64,000 nt of DNA from Hormiphora californensis. Lineage: Eukaryota > Animalia > Ctenophora. Made by a program: the position numbers and the translations under genes. The notes under the pieces were generated by a model. The model was not told where the DNA came from. It was given only the letters and a program-made list of their open reading frames with translations, and did not search any database. Where the stretch lies: positions 5,022,001 to 5,086,000 of the forward strand of contig CM035356.1 of NCBI GenBank assembly GCA_020137815.1, given 5' to 3'. Below, piece by piece: positions 22,011 through 46,659 of the stretch; the stretch's first letter is position 1, and each line of letters begins with the position of its first letter.

Positions 22011-22219
22011 ATCACTCTATAGTAAGAGGTATCACTGCATCTAAATAATTGCACTATTATAGGTAGTAGCCTAGTTGAATCTAAATTACTAACATTGTTA
22101 TAACATTGAATATAGGATAGAAGGATGGGCTACAACATACACAATGGACATTGCAACATTACTGGAAGTTATCCCCTATCTGACCTGTGCCTAACAGACA
22201 TTATTAGTGTAAGTAGCTG

Positions 22220-25200
22220 TACAATATCCAAGTTAATAGTCAGGATGGACTCGTTAGAGAAGAGAGTCGAGGAGATACCCCGAGAGAGGATGCCGAGTTC
22301 GGAATCGATAAATCCATCCCAATTCCAAAAGGTACCTATCCCTCAACCTCAACCGTTCCTGAATCCGTGGCAGGCGTGGAATGCCCCACGCCAGTTCGCT
22401 CAACCTGCATGTTACTAAATGCCGGCGGCTTTAATCCAGGAGCAAACAGTAACACTAGGTGGAAAAGAGATGTCCTATGTCAGGAGTTAATCAGCCTCAA
22501 TGAGAAGGGTGTTAATGTGCCCTTTATTGGTATCACTGAGTCCTGGCTAAAGGATTTCCATCTAGATGCCCAAGTTGCTATTCCTGGGTATGCTGTTGTA
22601 CGTGCAGACAGGTCAAACCGGCAGGGTGGTGGGGCGCTACTCTATGTAGATGAGGGTATCCCAATGGAATGGTCATCTAGCTTTGATGACGGGAGGTGTC
22701 AAGCACTGTTTTGCAGATTTTCCTCGTGTTCTATGAGCGTTGCTGTGATCTACCGACCCCCTGATACACCATCCTCAAGTTTTATTAACTCCCTCGATTT
22801 CTTGAAAAAACAGATAGAGAGAATAGACCCAGGTGACGATTTAGTTATCATGGGTGACTTTAATCTTCCGGTCATCAACTGGGATACTATACATATAGGT
22901 GGTAGGTCTGCTGAGAATACCCGGTCGGCTCAGGCGTTGCTAGAGTTTATGGGATCTAATTTTCTAGAACAGTTTGTTAACCTACCTACTAGGGGTTCAA
23001 AATATACTCGACCTGTTCTGTCTAAACCGGGAGAGTTGAGTGGAAACTGTGAGGGTAGTGGTGACCACATCGATCGATTTCTGATCAATAAGTTGGTATT
23101 ATAGTATGATCACTTTCCATTCCAGTCTGCCCGAAACGAAACAGAGAAGGAGAGGAGAATCAAGCCAAGAGTCTTTTCGATATGGATCTTTCATAACGCG
23201 ATTTTGATACTTCTCCGTGAGGAAACTCTAGTGAGTGAAGGAGTATGATTGGGTTGGTCTAAGAAAGGACTACTGATTTTTTGAATCATTTCCCTACGGT
23301 TTTTTCAAGGATACGATTTACAAGTATGCTGTTGGTGGTCTTCCCGAAGGTGAAGTTCCTCGTGGAGACCAATTGTTTTAACAAGTACGAGACGAATAAG
23401 AAAAGAAAAAATAAGATGTCGGATACGTGCTATGTTAGGAAGGGTAGATTGCCACGGAGCTGAGGAGTTATCAGATGAGCTCTCCAGGTGTGATTAGAAA
23501 TCGAGAACGAGTCTTGGCCAGAAAGGGACCAGCATGAGAGGCGGGAGTGGGACAAGATTAAAATTGACCCCACTGATTCTTTACTCCTTTGCGAAAATGT
23601 TTGCAAAAAGGTTGATCCAGTATCCCTGTTATCACGGATATTCACTGGAAAAAACAACCATCTGACACTAACGAAGAAATTGCCCGAATCTCGTTCAAAA
23701 TCAATTCTGCAGTGTGTCAGTAACCCAGCAACCCCATACCCAGGATCCGGCTTTGAATGCCCGGTTAGTAAATTGGAAGACTGGGGGAATCAACGCTGAG
23801 GAGACGACATTATCAAAGCGTGTAAGGATCTGGTGACAACCTCCTCTCCAGGACCTGATGGTGTTCCTGCAAAGATCCTGAAAGAGGCTGCGGAGGCTCT
23901 GTCAGTACCCATTGGCCTTATTTGGAGAGAATCTATGGACCTGAGAGTAGTGCCCGAGTTTTACAAGATGGGCTATGTAGTCCCCCTGTTTAAGAAAGGC
24001 GATAGATCTTCTCTGAAAAATTACAGACCTTGTACTGACAAGCCCATGTGATCAAGATTCACGAGCGAATCATGAGGGAAAACATTTGGTGTAATTATGC
24101 GAGCGTAAGGGGATCATAATCCAAAGAGTCAGCACGCTTCAGAGCGGGGAGGGTCCACACTGACCCAATTATTGGGACCACTTCGGACGGGTGATTAAAA
24201 CGACCTATGTGATGGGAAACGACACAGACACAGGTCTACCTGGACGATTCCCTGGCCTTCGACAAGGTTAGAAATAACGGCTCCTCTCTCAGATCAGAAG
24301 ATATGGAGTTGCATTCCACAGATTGTGGATGGGCTGGAGGTCTGCTGTCTGGCCGGAAACAAACGGTGTGTTAGAAGGGTTTCATCAGTAATAGCAGTAA
24401 TCATCCGCGGGTCCTCAGGGCCGGTGATGGGCCCCTCTTGATTTCTTGATATTTCTGAATTGATTTGAAGGGTGAAGTGCGTGATGCCCTTCGAAGCTTC
24501 TTTGCGGATGGACTCCAGCAGTGGGCATGGAAATCTATGATAAGAGGAGTGATCGCGAGAAGTTACAGAAAGACTTGGATCGTGTGCATCATTGGGCTGA
24601 AAGAATAGATATTGAAGCTCAATAAGAGAAATATGAGTTAATGTGCATCAGTCACAATCGCTCATCTCTCATGAAACACATTGCGGTGTCTGCGGGGTTG
24701 GTGTACTAATGACACTAGTGGTGGGAGAGAGCCTTCTACCAATTCATGATAGCTCAGAGACTGGGGCCGTTACAGTCTGAAGATCTCTCCTGGAGGCCGC
24801 ATTATGTCAATTCTGACCCACAAGAGGCAGAAGAATTTCCCAGGGATACCAGCGTTTTTAGTGCAGAGATACAGTCCTCATGATACACTCTCTATAAGAA
24901 GCCTAGGGAGCAAAATGGGAGTATTGCTCTCCGCTGTGTGCCCCCAATTGGGCGGTGACATTAAAGCTCCTTGAATCGGTCAAAGAAGTTTACTGCCAAG
25001 ATTTCTGGTCTTCAGGACAGTGACTACTGGGAAACGCCTAATAAAATCTTGGACTCATGTCATGTACAAAGGAGCGTGAAAGGTCACTCCATCTGAACAT
25101 GCACAATATTCGACAGTGAAGCAGTACCAAATGATGTCAATGTGCCTTTCTACCGACATACGACGGAATGGGGAAGGCGGTTGGATACCTGATATGCAAG

Positions 25201-25480
25201 GGTCAAGAGCAAGAGCATACTCCCTGCCTCTATAGCTCATTCATTTGGCTCAGTGGGTCCTAGGCTGTGGGGGAATTCATTGCCAAATCGACATTCGAAG
25301 AAATTGCAATCAGGCTGGCTGAATTTAAGGCGCGACCGGATAGCTTTCCTTAGTGAAGTGCCGGACCTACCGCCCTACACCCGGGTACTCATCACAGAAG
25401 AAAACTCACTGAGAGAGTGGTGCTTGGATATCCGGAACGATAAATGTGGAGGGTCAGTGGAAGGAATGGCCCTCTGAGTG
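22220..25480 (+). mobile_element. Frameshifted CR1/L2-group LINE (ORF1 tail + APE-RT remnants)
   Basis: APE motifs GITESWL, RADR..RQGGG, IYRPP, MGDFN. RT-linked SPGPDGVP and KKGDRSSLKNYRP. Broken AFDKV, PQG and FAD motifs further on. Confidence 0.85.
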
Positions 25481-26943
25481 ATAGCGAAACAGCAAAAGGA
25501 GGAAGAGAGATATATATCTAGTAGAGAGCGGAGGAGAGAGGCGAGAGAGAGGAGAGCAGAGAGAGAGAGAGCGCACACAGCGAGAGCAGAGAGAGCGGGG
25601 CGGTAGAGCGAAGAGAGGAGAGAGGAGAGGACGACGAGAAGAGAAGAGAGCGAGAGAGAGAGAGAGAGAGAGGAGAGACGGGGGAGAGAGACGGAAAAGT
25701 TAGAGAGAGGAGAGAGACGAGAAGGCAGACAGAGCAGAGAGCAGCGACTTGAGGAGTGATAAGTGATCTCGCGAGATCGATCGCGATGAGCTATGAACCG
25801 GGCGCGCTCTGCAGTCTCTTCGCTCCTATCTAGATATCTCTCTCTTCTCTCTCTCTCTCTCTCTCTGTCTCTCTATCCCTGATCTCTCGATCTCTCTCTC
25901 TCTCATCCCGTGAACCGTGACCTGAAGAACGCACACTGCTTGTCTGAATTCCGACTCAGAAGACAGGGGAATGAATTCCTCCTGTGAGAGCCTATAATAT
26001 GTCTCACAGATCCTAGTTTCATGGGAGCCACTAGGTTTCCAGCAGTAGGAGTCATATATATAGAGCCATGTGTCTATATCCTGTAGGAATATTCGCACGG
26101 TTCAGTACTGTGTGTGTTTGTCATGTGAATAAATAAAACCTGTTAGGCTAATGTTCTGACAGATTAAAACAAACACGTTTCTAAATGACAGCTTACAAAC
26201 TACTTTTTTCGCTTCAGGGTTCTCTCATGCATGTGTATCATTATTCAACTGCGGTAACAGAGTTGTACTGAATCTGTGTCACCTAGAATCTAGATGGTAA
26301 CAATGTGTGATTCATTGAATTTACACTTTCATAATTTAGAATATGAACATGAACCTACATATATACAGGGATATTTTAATCAAATCCTTGGGGCTGTTAA
26401 TTTCCCCGTTAAAATATTTGATAGATGTGTCCTATTTTTGGACAGAAAAACATCTAGGTATTGCTTAGATAATTTAGGTGAAATGAAGTTCTTAGTTAAA
26501 TTTCTGAATGATAAGATAGTAGAGGCCTCTAGAGGGAAAGAAAAAGAGCTAATTGGTGAAGTTAGAAACGATAGTACGATCTATCTAGATAATGTGTCTT
26601 CCCTCATTTAAAAAGGGAAAGAAGATACACTCATTAATAGAGCCTGAAAATCTTGGAACAATTCATCTACACGCGGCGCTCTCCCACGCTCTTTCTCCAA
26701 TTGGCACGTGTAATAAAAACGTGTAATGACCCGTTCTCTTCCGCCAATGTTTCAATTTCTCTCTCTCTACAGCCATGCACATTATGCGTGTTAGACAGAC
26801 ACAAGTTGGTGAAAGCTGAAAATGTAGCGTTCAGCAAATTTCAGATCAAATATCGCTGATACAAAGTACATTTTGAAATACCGACCAAACACTTCCAATT
26901 TCTTATTCAATAAACCATGCTAAAAATATCTCTATCCCTTCAG

Positions 26944-29900
26944 AAATACTTTATCCTAAACCTGGCTATAGCGGATTGTCTACTGTCTCTTGCGGGGATA
27001 CAACGTGGGCTAGGACTTATCTCACCCTCACTCCTACTAGGCGGGCCCCGATCTTCCCCTTTCTGTGTCACCTTCGCCCTCCTTCTTAACTTTGTAGGGT
27101 GAGTTGTTGAGAAAAGGGGGCCCTTACGAACCCTCGAACCCCTCACCCCTTACTAAGGGTTAAGGGGCTTGATGTTTCATGAAATTCAGGAACTGATCTC
27201 CTGTTAGATTCCACCTTGTGCCCGCCCAAATATCCCAAAGTCTCCAACCCTCCCACTGCCAAAGTCTCCAATTCCCCCCAAAAACCCAAAGTCTCCAACT
27301 CCCCAAATATCCCAAAGTCTCAAACCCACTGTCCTACAGGTACCCTCCCACTATCACTGCACTGGCAAGTGCCCCGTGGCCTAATGGGGGTCTGGGGGCA
27401 AAGCCCCCAGCAATGAAAAACCACCCCACCCCTTCTAAGGTCATCCTAGAACATTATAAGATCAAATCTGAAAGGATAAACTCAGGCGCGGAAAATTTAA
27501 TTTCGCCCGATTCGGGGCCAGTGCAGTATACCATACGGATGTGACTTTCGCCCTTTTCGAGCGTCTATTTAACCATGTTCCCGACAAGCTAGCACGCTGA
27601 AATTTTGTATGTAAAGCTACCTCAATGATATCTAATAGTGTTTAAAATTTCAAGTGGATCGATGGTTTCGTTCAAAAGTTACGAGGGGGGTCCCAAACGC
27701 TTGCTCTGTATACATACATACATACATACATACATACGCACCACCTTTTTACAAACCAAACTGAGCAAAAACGGCTGGATTTAGAGCTTTTTGTCCCGGG
27801 GAAGACCCCCCATAAATCGACTATTCTACATGTCGTAGGCTATGTAAAATTTTGATTTGAGCATGGGAAGTCATTAATTATGCATAATTTATGTATAATT
27901 TTATGATTATCTCGGTATTGGTTGTTGTAAGGACATTTCAAAGGACATATTTCGACGCAGAAGAGTCGATTTATGGGGGGTCGTCCCCGGGACAAAAAGT
28001 CGTATCTCGCACCGTTTAGCCGTTATTTGCATATTTATGCGCAGATTCATGATTTAATGCATATTCTGAATATTTCCACTTCAGATGGTCCTAGAACGTT
28101 TTCATGGACATATTTCGACGCAGAAAAGTCGATTTATGGGGGGTCGTCCCCCGGACAAAAAGTCGTATCTCGCACCTTTTAGCCTTCATATGCATATTTA
28201 TGCACTGATTCATGATTTAATGTATATTCTGAATATTTCCACTTCAGCTGGTCCTAGAATGTTTTCATGGACATATTTCGACGTAGAATAGTCGATTTAT
28301 GGGGGGTCGTCCCCCGGACAAAAAGTCGTATCTCGCACCGTTTAGCCTTTATTTGCATATTTATGCGCAGATTCATGATTTAATGCATATTCTGAATATT
28401 TCCACTTCAAATGGTCCTAGAACGTTTTCATGGACATATTTCGACGCAGAAGAGTCGATTTATGGGGGGTCGTCCCCCGGACAAAAAGTCGTATCTCGCA
28501 CCGTTTAGCCGTTATATGCATATTTATGCACTGATTCATGATTTAATGCATATTCTTAATATTTCCACTTCAGCTGGTCCTAGAATGTTTTCATGGACAT
28601 ATTTCGACGTAGAATAGTCGATTTATGGGGGGTCGTCCCCCGGACAAAAAGTCGTATCTCGCACCGTTTAGCCGTTATTTGCATATTTATGTTACCTGTT
28701 TACAAAAACCCTGAGAAACTAGACCAAAAAACAAAGGAAATTTGTTTGGAACACCCGTGGCCTTTTCCGATACTTGACGCTGCGGGAAATGCACCCTTCG
28801 TCAGAGCAAGACGCGAGGAAGAGTGAGAGAAAGTGTGCGTATGTTTGAACTTGGAGAGATGGCACAACGATACCTAGTAGTATAGCTCAGATTATGGGTG
28901 CATTTCCCGCAGCGTCAAGTATCGGAAAAGGCCACGGGTGTTCCAAACAAATTTCCTTTGTTTTTTGGTCTAGTTAATGTTATATTTCCAATGCCCTGAT
29001 GCCCTGCTATATATGTTATATTTCAGGTACATTAACAGTTGTGCCCTGATCCCCATAACGATTGAGAGATTTGTTGCTATAGTAACACCCTTCAAAGTAC
29101 GAAGGGTCCTCTGCAAAAGGAACTGCATTCTAATATGTTTGGTAGTGTGGATACCTAACATTTCTGGCCTCATTTTTGAGAGTATATCCTATCTTTCCAA
29201 TGACCCTTACTCTTTAAATGTAAGTATACATGATATCTTTTTTCCAAGCCACTAATTCATTTCGTATATAATGAGTGTCATGAGTCTAGCTATGAACTCA
29301 TATAAAACGCGTTTAAATCATGCCGCATAAAATAGTAGTTTGAAAATGATTTAGGGGTGGGAGAAAATATGAATTAGAGGTACACACTGGGAAACAAAGA
29401 CATAATTGTTAGCCTAATTATGTGGGCTGAGACCGGTATGTATAACTAGGATAATTATCTAGAGAAAGAATTATAGGAATGAAAGAATTGTTTCTCGTAA
29501 AATCCTCACAAAATATACCGGTATCACTACTCAACTCTATTATTTGGGCATTAACCGGAAACCCCATGACCCCCACCGGAAATTATTCGAGAAGTGCTAA
29601 ACTAACGTGTTGGGCAAAAAAATGTCCCCCCTAGACTAGCATAGTTCCAGATATCGTAGAGCTCTAAAATTTTACACAGTTACTCTATGGGACAAATAAA
29701 TAAGTTCCACAAAATTTCAGACTTTTAGCTCAAAGTTCATTTTTTTGATCGGAATGAACATTGTTATTCATTCCAAAAAAACATGATTTTTCGGTCCAGA
29801 AGCCAAGCAATTGTCTTTGGCTCTCGATTTTCTTTCAAATGCGACCAAGAAAAGCCAAAACGGACAACCACAAGGCACACAGTGGTCATGTTTCTGACAG

Positions 29901-31939
29901 TTAGTCAGGTCATGTGATCCCCATCGAATCATGAGTTGCTAATCAGGCTTAGTGGGGAAGAATCACGTATCACAGTCGCTAATGAGGGATGTGTATCGAA
30001 AAAGCGACATGTGATTCGGGAGCACTTGGGTAAAGATTCCACTTGTTAATGAGCTTCGGATCTCATGACCAATAGTCATCGTCATCCCTCATTAGCAGCT
30101 GTGATACGTGATTCTCCACCATTAAGCCTGATTAGCAATTCTGAATAAATTACACGATTCGGTGGGGATCACATGACCTGACTAACTGTCAGAAACATGA
30201 CCACTGTGTGCCTTGTGGTTGTCCGTTTTGGCTTTTCTTGGTCGCATTTGAAAGAAAATCGAGAGCCAAAGACAATTGCTTGGCTTCTGGACCGAAAAAT
30301 CATGTTTTTTGGAATGAATAACAATGTTCATTCTGATCAAAAAAATGAACTTTGAGCTAAAGGTCTGAAATTTTGTGGAACTTATTTATTTGTCCCATAG
30401 AGTAACTGTGTAAAATTTTAGAGCTCTACGATATCTGGAACTATGCTAGTCTAGGGGGGACATTTTTTTTGCCCAACTATCATACTATTATTAAAGCAAA
30501 TAGGGAAATGATGGGTGATGGTTTTTTTACCAAATATGGCACAAAATTCCTGGAAATGGCCTTTTGCACGTGTTGTCCCTAGAGGGACCCTGGCAACCTG
30601 CCAGCTTGAGCCTTAAACTGCACGTGCATCCTTGATTCATCTGTCTGCCGGTTGTGTGATTGATCGTTTGCTCGATTTGATCTGTTCACCCCCTGTTCAC
30701 CACGTTTCGTGAACATGACTACTCAACTTCAACACAATCGCCAGCGAGTTTGGAGGAGCCATATGTCCCAAACTGGCGCTGACGCCTATAGACTACGTGA
30801 TAGAATCCTACAAAAGAGGTGATTATTATTCAAAAAATGTTATCAACACACGTAATGACAAAGTATCAATGGCACTAATAAGAAATGGCAGTAATACGTG
30901 AAAGTATTTTGCAAATGTGCTCCTTCATAAAATACTTCAGGACCTGGCAAAAGAGGACCCGTGGTTTTTCTGTCGAAAGAATCGCTGTGGTTAATTTACC
31001 TGATAAATTTACTGATTTTAAAAATTTCAAATGATACTACACTATTTGCTTAGTTTACTGTATGACTATTGACCATCCCCGACATTCGCCCGTAGGGCGA
31101 GCGGGCTTACTAGTAGACTATAAAGAAATTGTGCATAAATCAGGTTTCCTATTTCTTAACCCCCCCCCCCTATTTCAGATATCATATTCTCCCTCCTACG
31201 GGCGGTGTACCTATACAGCCCCATTCTCCGATAACTATGTGTTCAGTAAGGGGCTCCTCTGTTTCATTCTTCCTCTTCTGATCATCCTAACCTGCTATGG
31301 AGTGATATTCACCATCATGACTAAACGTGGGATCAAAACAAAACGAATCCTCGCTATATCTACCATCATCATAGCAACAGGTAGGTAACCTATAGATGAT
31401 CTTGATCTACTCTGTGACCCACACAAATATTCCCTAATTCTTGTTGTGTGTTTTTGGTTGGTTTGTGTTTTAAGGGTTTCGTGTGTCTTTAGGGTGTGGT
31501 TTGTTGTTTGAAGGTCAGGTAAGTTGTTCTATTCAGAATAATTGTCTTGAAGCGCCCGTTGTTGGTGACAACGGCTCGTTAAACTCAGCAACGATACACT
31601 AAATGTGTCTGACTAACTACCCCATAACAGCAATAGTGTGAATAGTTAGAGGATCCTGCTAATCATAGCGGACCGCTATTTATATTAGCCGCCTCGTCCT
31701 CGCTCCCTTGGCTTGATACGTCAAGTCTGGTTTTGTTGTCTCCGGTGTTTGTCGTTGGTTGGATGGACCACTCAATATAAATATTAAACCTGCCAAAAAG
31801 GGTGGTTCTGTGTGTGTGTGTGTGTGTGTGTCGAACAAATGTGTAATGTCTCTGTCCCTTAGAGAGAGACTTTGTGGGGGGATGTGGAGAGAGAAGAGAG
31901 AGGAGAGGAAGAGAGGAGAGGAGTAGATGATGAGAGCGA

Positions 31940-31970
<31 letters not shown>

Positions 31971-32177
31971 CAGAGGAGAGAGAGAGACTCTCTAGCTGCA
32001 TATAGAGAGAAGAGAGCAGAGCGATAGAGAGAGCGAGCGAGAGAGAAGGAGATCTAGGTATCTCGCGAGGATTAGCGGGAGAGAGAGAGAGAGCAGAGTA
32101 GAGAGGAGAGGTACGCAATGCCGTATATATATCTCTCGCTCTCCACAGAGAGATAGGAGCTCTGCTCTCTCTCTCTC

Positions 32178-32216
<39 letters not shown>

Positions 32217-33884
32217 GCAAACGAGTGCCTTCCTCCACGATTATCAGAGCTGTCTAGTTTATTAAGGAGAAATAAATACCATCGATTCAGAGAGATAAAC
32301 ATACGATTATTAACATTTCGATACTGAAATGTCTGGATTTCATATGCTCACGATCCTCCCTATTCAGCCAAAATAACTCGTGTTTTCCTTATTTTCTCCC
32401 TTTTCAGGAGTGTTTGCCTGGTTACCAACTGTTATAGTTCACTTCAGCGGAATAAAAATCACCAAAACAATGTCCCATATCTTTACCATAATTCTCTTCT
32501 ACAGTGTAGGTAAGTTCAATTTAGTCAAGACTACTATTTAGTAGAGTCGATAACTACATCGACCTCTCCCAATTGTTCCAGTTTTTGTCACATCTGTTTG
32601 GAGCCTCGACACGACCTCTAAACAGGTGTTACTTTTTTCACAAACTGTTTTCATCTTGGTGTAATCAGCATTTGAAATGTTGCTGATCATAACAAAAACC
32701 TAACTATTTTTTTTCAACTTGGGGTAAAACCATGGGTTTCAAAAGTTAGCTCTAGGTCCCCTGAGTAACCATCCGGAGACTCTAAGAGATATTTCAAGCC
32801 GTTCTCCTGTAATCATTAATCCCGGTAGAGCACATATTTGAGTATGGACGTACGTGCAATTGCCTACAACCTCAACTTTAATGTATAACGTTAATGTGCG
32901 TCTCTCTCTTTTCTCCCCCCTTGAGAAAGAGTTATCTCGCGCGGCGCAACCGCACGTGCGGTTTTTCCAGAGAGAGTGAGAGACATACAATAACATGTAA
33001 ACAGCCTGCCAGCGCTCACGTACGTCCGCGTTGTATTTTTTTCTCCACCGGGATTAATGATAACGGGAGAACGGCTTGAAATATCTCTTAGAGTCTCCGG
33101 ATGGTTACTCAGGGGACCTAGAGCTAACTTTTGACACCCATGGTTTTACCCCAAGTTGAAAAAAAATAGTTAGGTTTTTGTTATGATCAGCAACATTTCA
33201 AATGCTGATTACACCAAGATGAAAACAGTTTGTGAAAAAGTAACACCTGTTTAGAGGTCGTGTCGAGGCTCCAAACAGATGTGACAAAAACTGGAACAAT
33301 TGGGAGAGGTCGATGTAGTTATCGACTCTACTAATTGGTGCGCTAGTACGTGCTGACACATGAACTTTTTGTCGCACGTTATGCAAATTGTCTGCGTCTT
33401 ATTACTGTAATTCCATTACGGTAATGCCACTACAAGCGGCAGAGTCAAGACCACTATTGGTGGTCAGTGGTAGAATAGTTGATATCTTTGCACGGACACA
33501 GTCAACAGTGTCAGTGGGACGTGGTAATGGTGGGGTTAGAATCCTATAGGTTCAAACTTCAAGAGGGTGGACTTTGATAGGGCTAGGAAGTTGCCATGCT
33601 ACACAGGACGTTCTGATTTAGACAGCTCCTATTTCATAAAGGGCAACTATAAATTAAACCCCTCCCCTCCCCTCCTTTGATAAAACATCAAAATCTCCCC
33701 AGGTTTCTTCGACCCTCTTATCTTCATTTTTGGGTACAAATCTCTCCGTGGATTTTTCCGGGGGAAGACCTATTATCGGGAGCTGAGGAGGAGTCAAATC
33801 AGTGGAATGAGTGTAAGCGAATTGAGAGCTTGCGAAAGGGACCGTTTGAAACAAAACAATAAACTTGACCAGATTTCAGAGTGA
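26944..33884 (+). CDS. Class A (rhodopsin-like) GPCR, TM2-TM7 exons; TM1 exon not resolved
   Basis: Exons about 26944-27099 (FILNLAIADCL, TM2), 29028-29220 (ITIERFVAIVTP, TM3/4), 31179-31380 (CFILPLLIILTCY, TM5), 32408-32508 (FAWLP, TM6) and 33703-33884 (FFDPLIF, TM7/H8), joined in frame by GT-AG introns. Confidence 0.8.
27530..28692. mobile_element. DINE-1/HINE-like element: (TACA)n microsatellite, inverted block and ~163-bp tandem array
   Basis: (taca)n at 27710-27737. About 4.6 copies of a 163-bp unit at 27942-28692. An inverted partial copy of the unit lies at 27788-27830. Family assignment is inferred from architecture only. Confidence 0.5.
28717..28975. mobile_element. MITE with ~80-bp perfect terminal inverted repeats
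   Basis: aactagaccaaaaaacaaagg...gaaatgcaccc / gggtgcatttc...cctttgttttttggtctagtt. Confidence 0.85.
29609..30477. mobile_element. Foldback/palindromic element (~870 bp)
   Basis: Arms gttgggcaaaaaaatgtccccc... / ...ggggggacattttttttgcccaac are near-identical over about 320 bp, then imperfect toward the centre. Confidence 0.9.
30480..31113 (+). mobile_element. Non-autonomous Helitron with the same termini as 11264-12450
   Basis: A|TCATACTATTATTAAAGCAAAT start; ttcgcccgtagggcgagcgggcttaCTAG|T end. Confidence 0.75.
32539..33333. mobile_element. Foldback MITE (~795 bp, arms ~290 bp)
   Basis: tagtagagtcgataactacatcg... / ...cgatgtagttatcgactctacta. Flanks fit either an ATT or a TA target duplication. 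Confidence 0.9.
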
Positions 33885-35254
33885 TATATCGACATTTTAT
33901 GTTCTTGACAATTTTACCCTCATTAATTACACTAAATAACAATCGATTAAATGTGTTAAATATCATTTTTAAGTGTGTCATGCTTTTATTTTGTCAATTC
34001 ACTGAAACTAAACTTTGAAACGAAACTTTTTTGAAATCGATGTTTATTTTATATGTTATATGGTTGAAAGTGGTTCGGTACCGGAAAACACGACTGTTTT
34101 TTATCTATCTCATTGCGAGCCCTGATGATGAATTTCGGTTGTGGTTTGTGATTCATGTCATGATCACCTCCTGTCAGTGACTAAGAATTGGAAGTTAGAT
34201 CACGCGCCGTCGCCGAACGTCTCAGGTGTGGACAACTTCGCGCAATTCTGAGCCATATGGGGTGAATTGTTGCGCGCGCGTTTGTTGTTCAAGAATTGTT
34301 CTGCAGCTGCAGGTTCCCAGAGAACATGCAGTTCAGACATTGCTATACTAGGCAGTCTGTCCATTCGGGCTCGTGTAAGCCGTAAGCTCACATCGGGCCT
34401 TCGGCCCGGTGTGAGAGCCGACAGACAAGGAACATGTCAATACAGACAGGACTTTAGGACTTGCTCGACTCACTGAATATCACGGTCGGACTCTCAGTCT
34501 CAGTCTTAGTATCCAGAAATGAAAATGAAGAAATAAAACACTGCAGCTCATAACCTGGACATGAAAAGTGAAATACATTCGCAAAATGGGAAATAAAACA
34601 TTAGGGAAACTTATGGCAATATGACGATGAGTTTCTATGTTTTAGTAAAAGTAACACTAACAAATATATGATAAACGTGCTAAATAGATATGTTTTTTAG
34701 TTAATTATTTGAAGAGTTTGAACATCTTGCCGTTTAGACGGGTTGCAGGTCGAGCTGCACCATGAGAGGGTTCCACACAGCTGCATCTCGCCCCACAAAA
34801 CAGATAATTTCTAAACCTCTCTCAATATCTCAACAGACACCTGACACATGCAGCTAACTAACACTCACACATAAAACTATTTAAAATTATAACACTGAGA
34901 ATTACCCCATTAGCCCATTATCACACGGTTTGTCTGGTTTCGCCGACTCGATCTGATTCCACTGTTCAACACACAGTTAAATTTCCAAAAATATGCTGTG
35001 ACACTAAAAAATCCAGGGGTAATTGCCCCTCCCCCTCCCTGTCTGGCGCCGCCGACACCATCTGAGCGCACTGAGAATCAAATTGGGGTATGGGCGCCGC
35101 CATACAGCCCCCTCCCGATTAGTTGCGAGGGGTTGATACTCGACCAAGTGCTAAAACAGTCTAGCATCTTTCCAACCTTTGTCGTCTGACAAACCCAACC
35201 TCTGATAGTAACAACACTCTGTCCGATTGTATACAATGTATGCCCCCTCCCCTC

Positions 35255-46497
<11,243 letters not shown>

Positions 46498-46659
46498 CTT
46501 TTTGTTGCGTCAGAAAACATGTTTTGTGCTAACAAGAATAAATCAATCAATCAATCGCTATCAGTTCATAGCACCAAACACCCCTGCCTACACCTTGTGA
46601 TCAATGATGATCAAAGTGTGTCATGGAGACAGCACAGTTCCGGTATACGGTGCTGGACC

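Noticed and set aside
22367-25480. Dense frameshifts in the second LINE as programmed recoding or ancient decay
   Set aside because: The single-base-deletion pattern and garbled adjacent GA repeats look like uncorrected read error, so the element's real state cannot be judged.
26294-26611. 105-aa AT-rich ORF in the GPCR upstream region
   Set aside because: No recognisable motif or splice partners. Cannot be supported as a gene.
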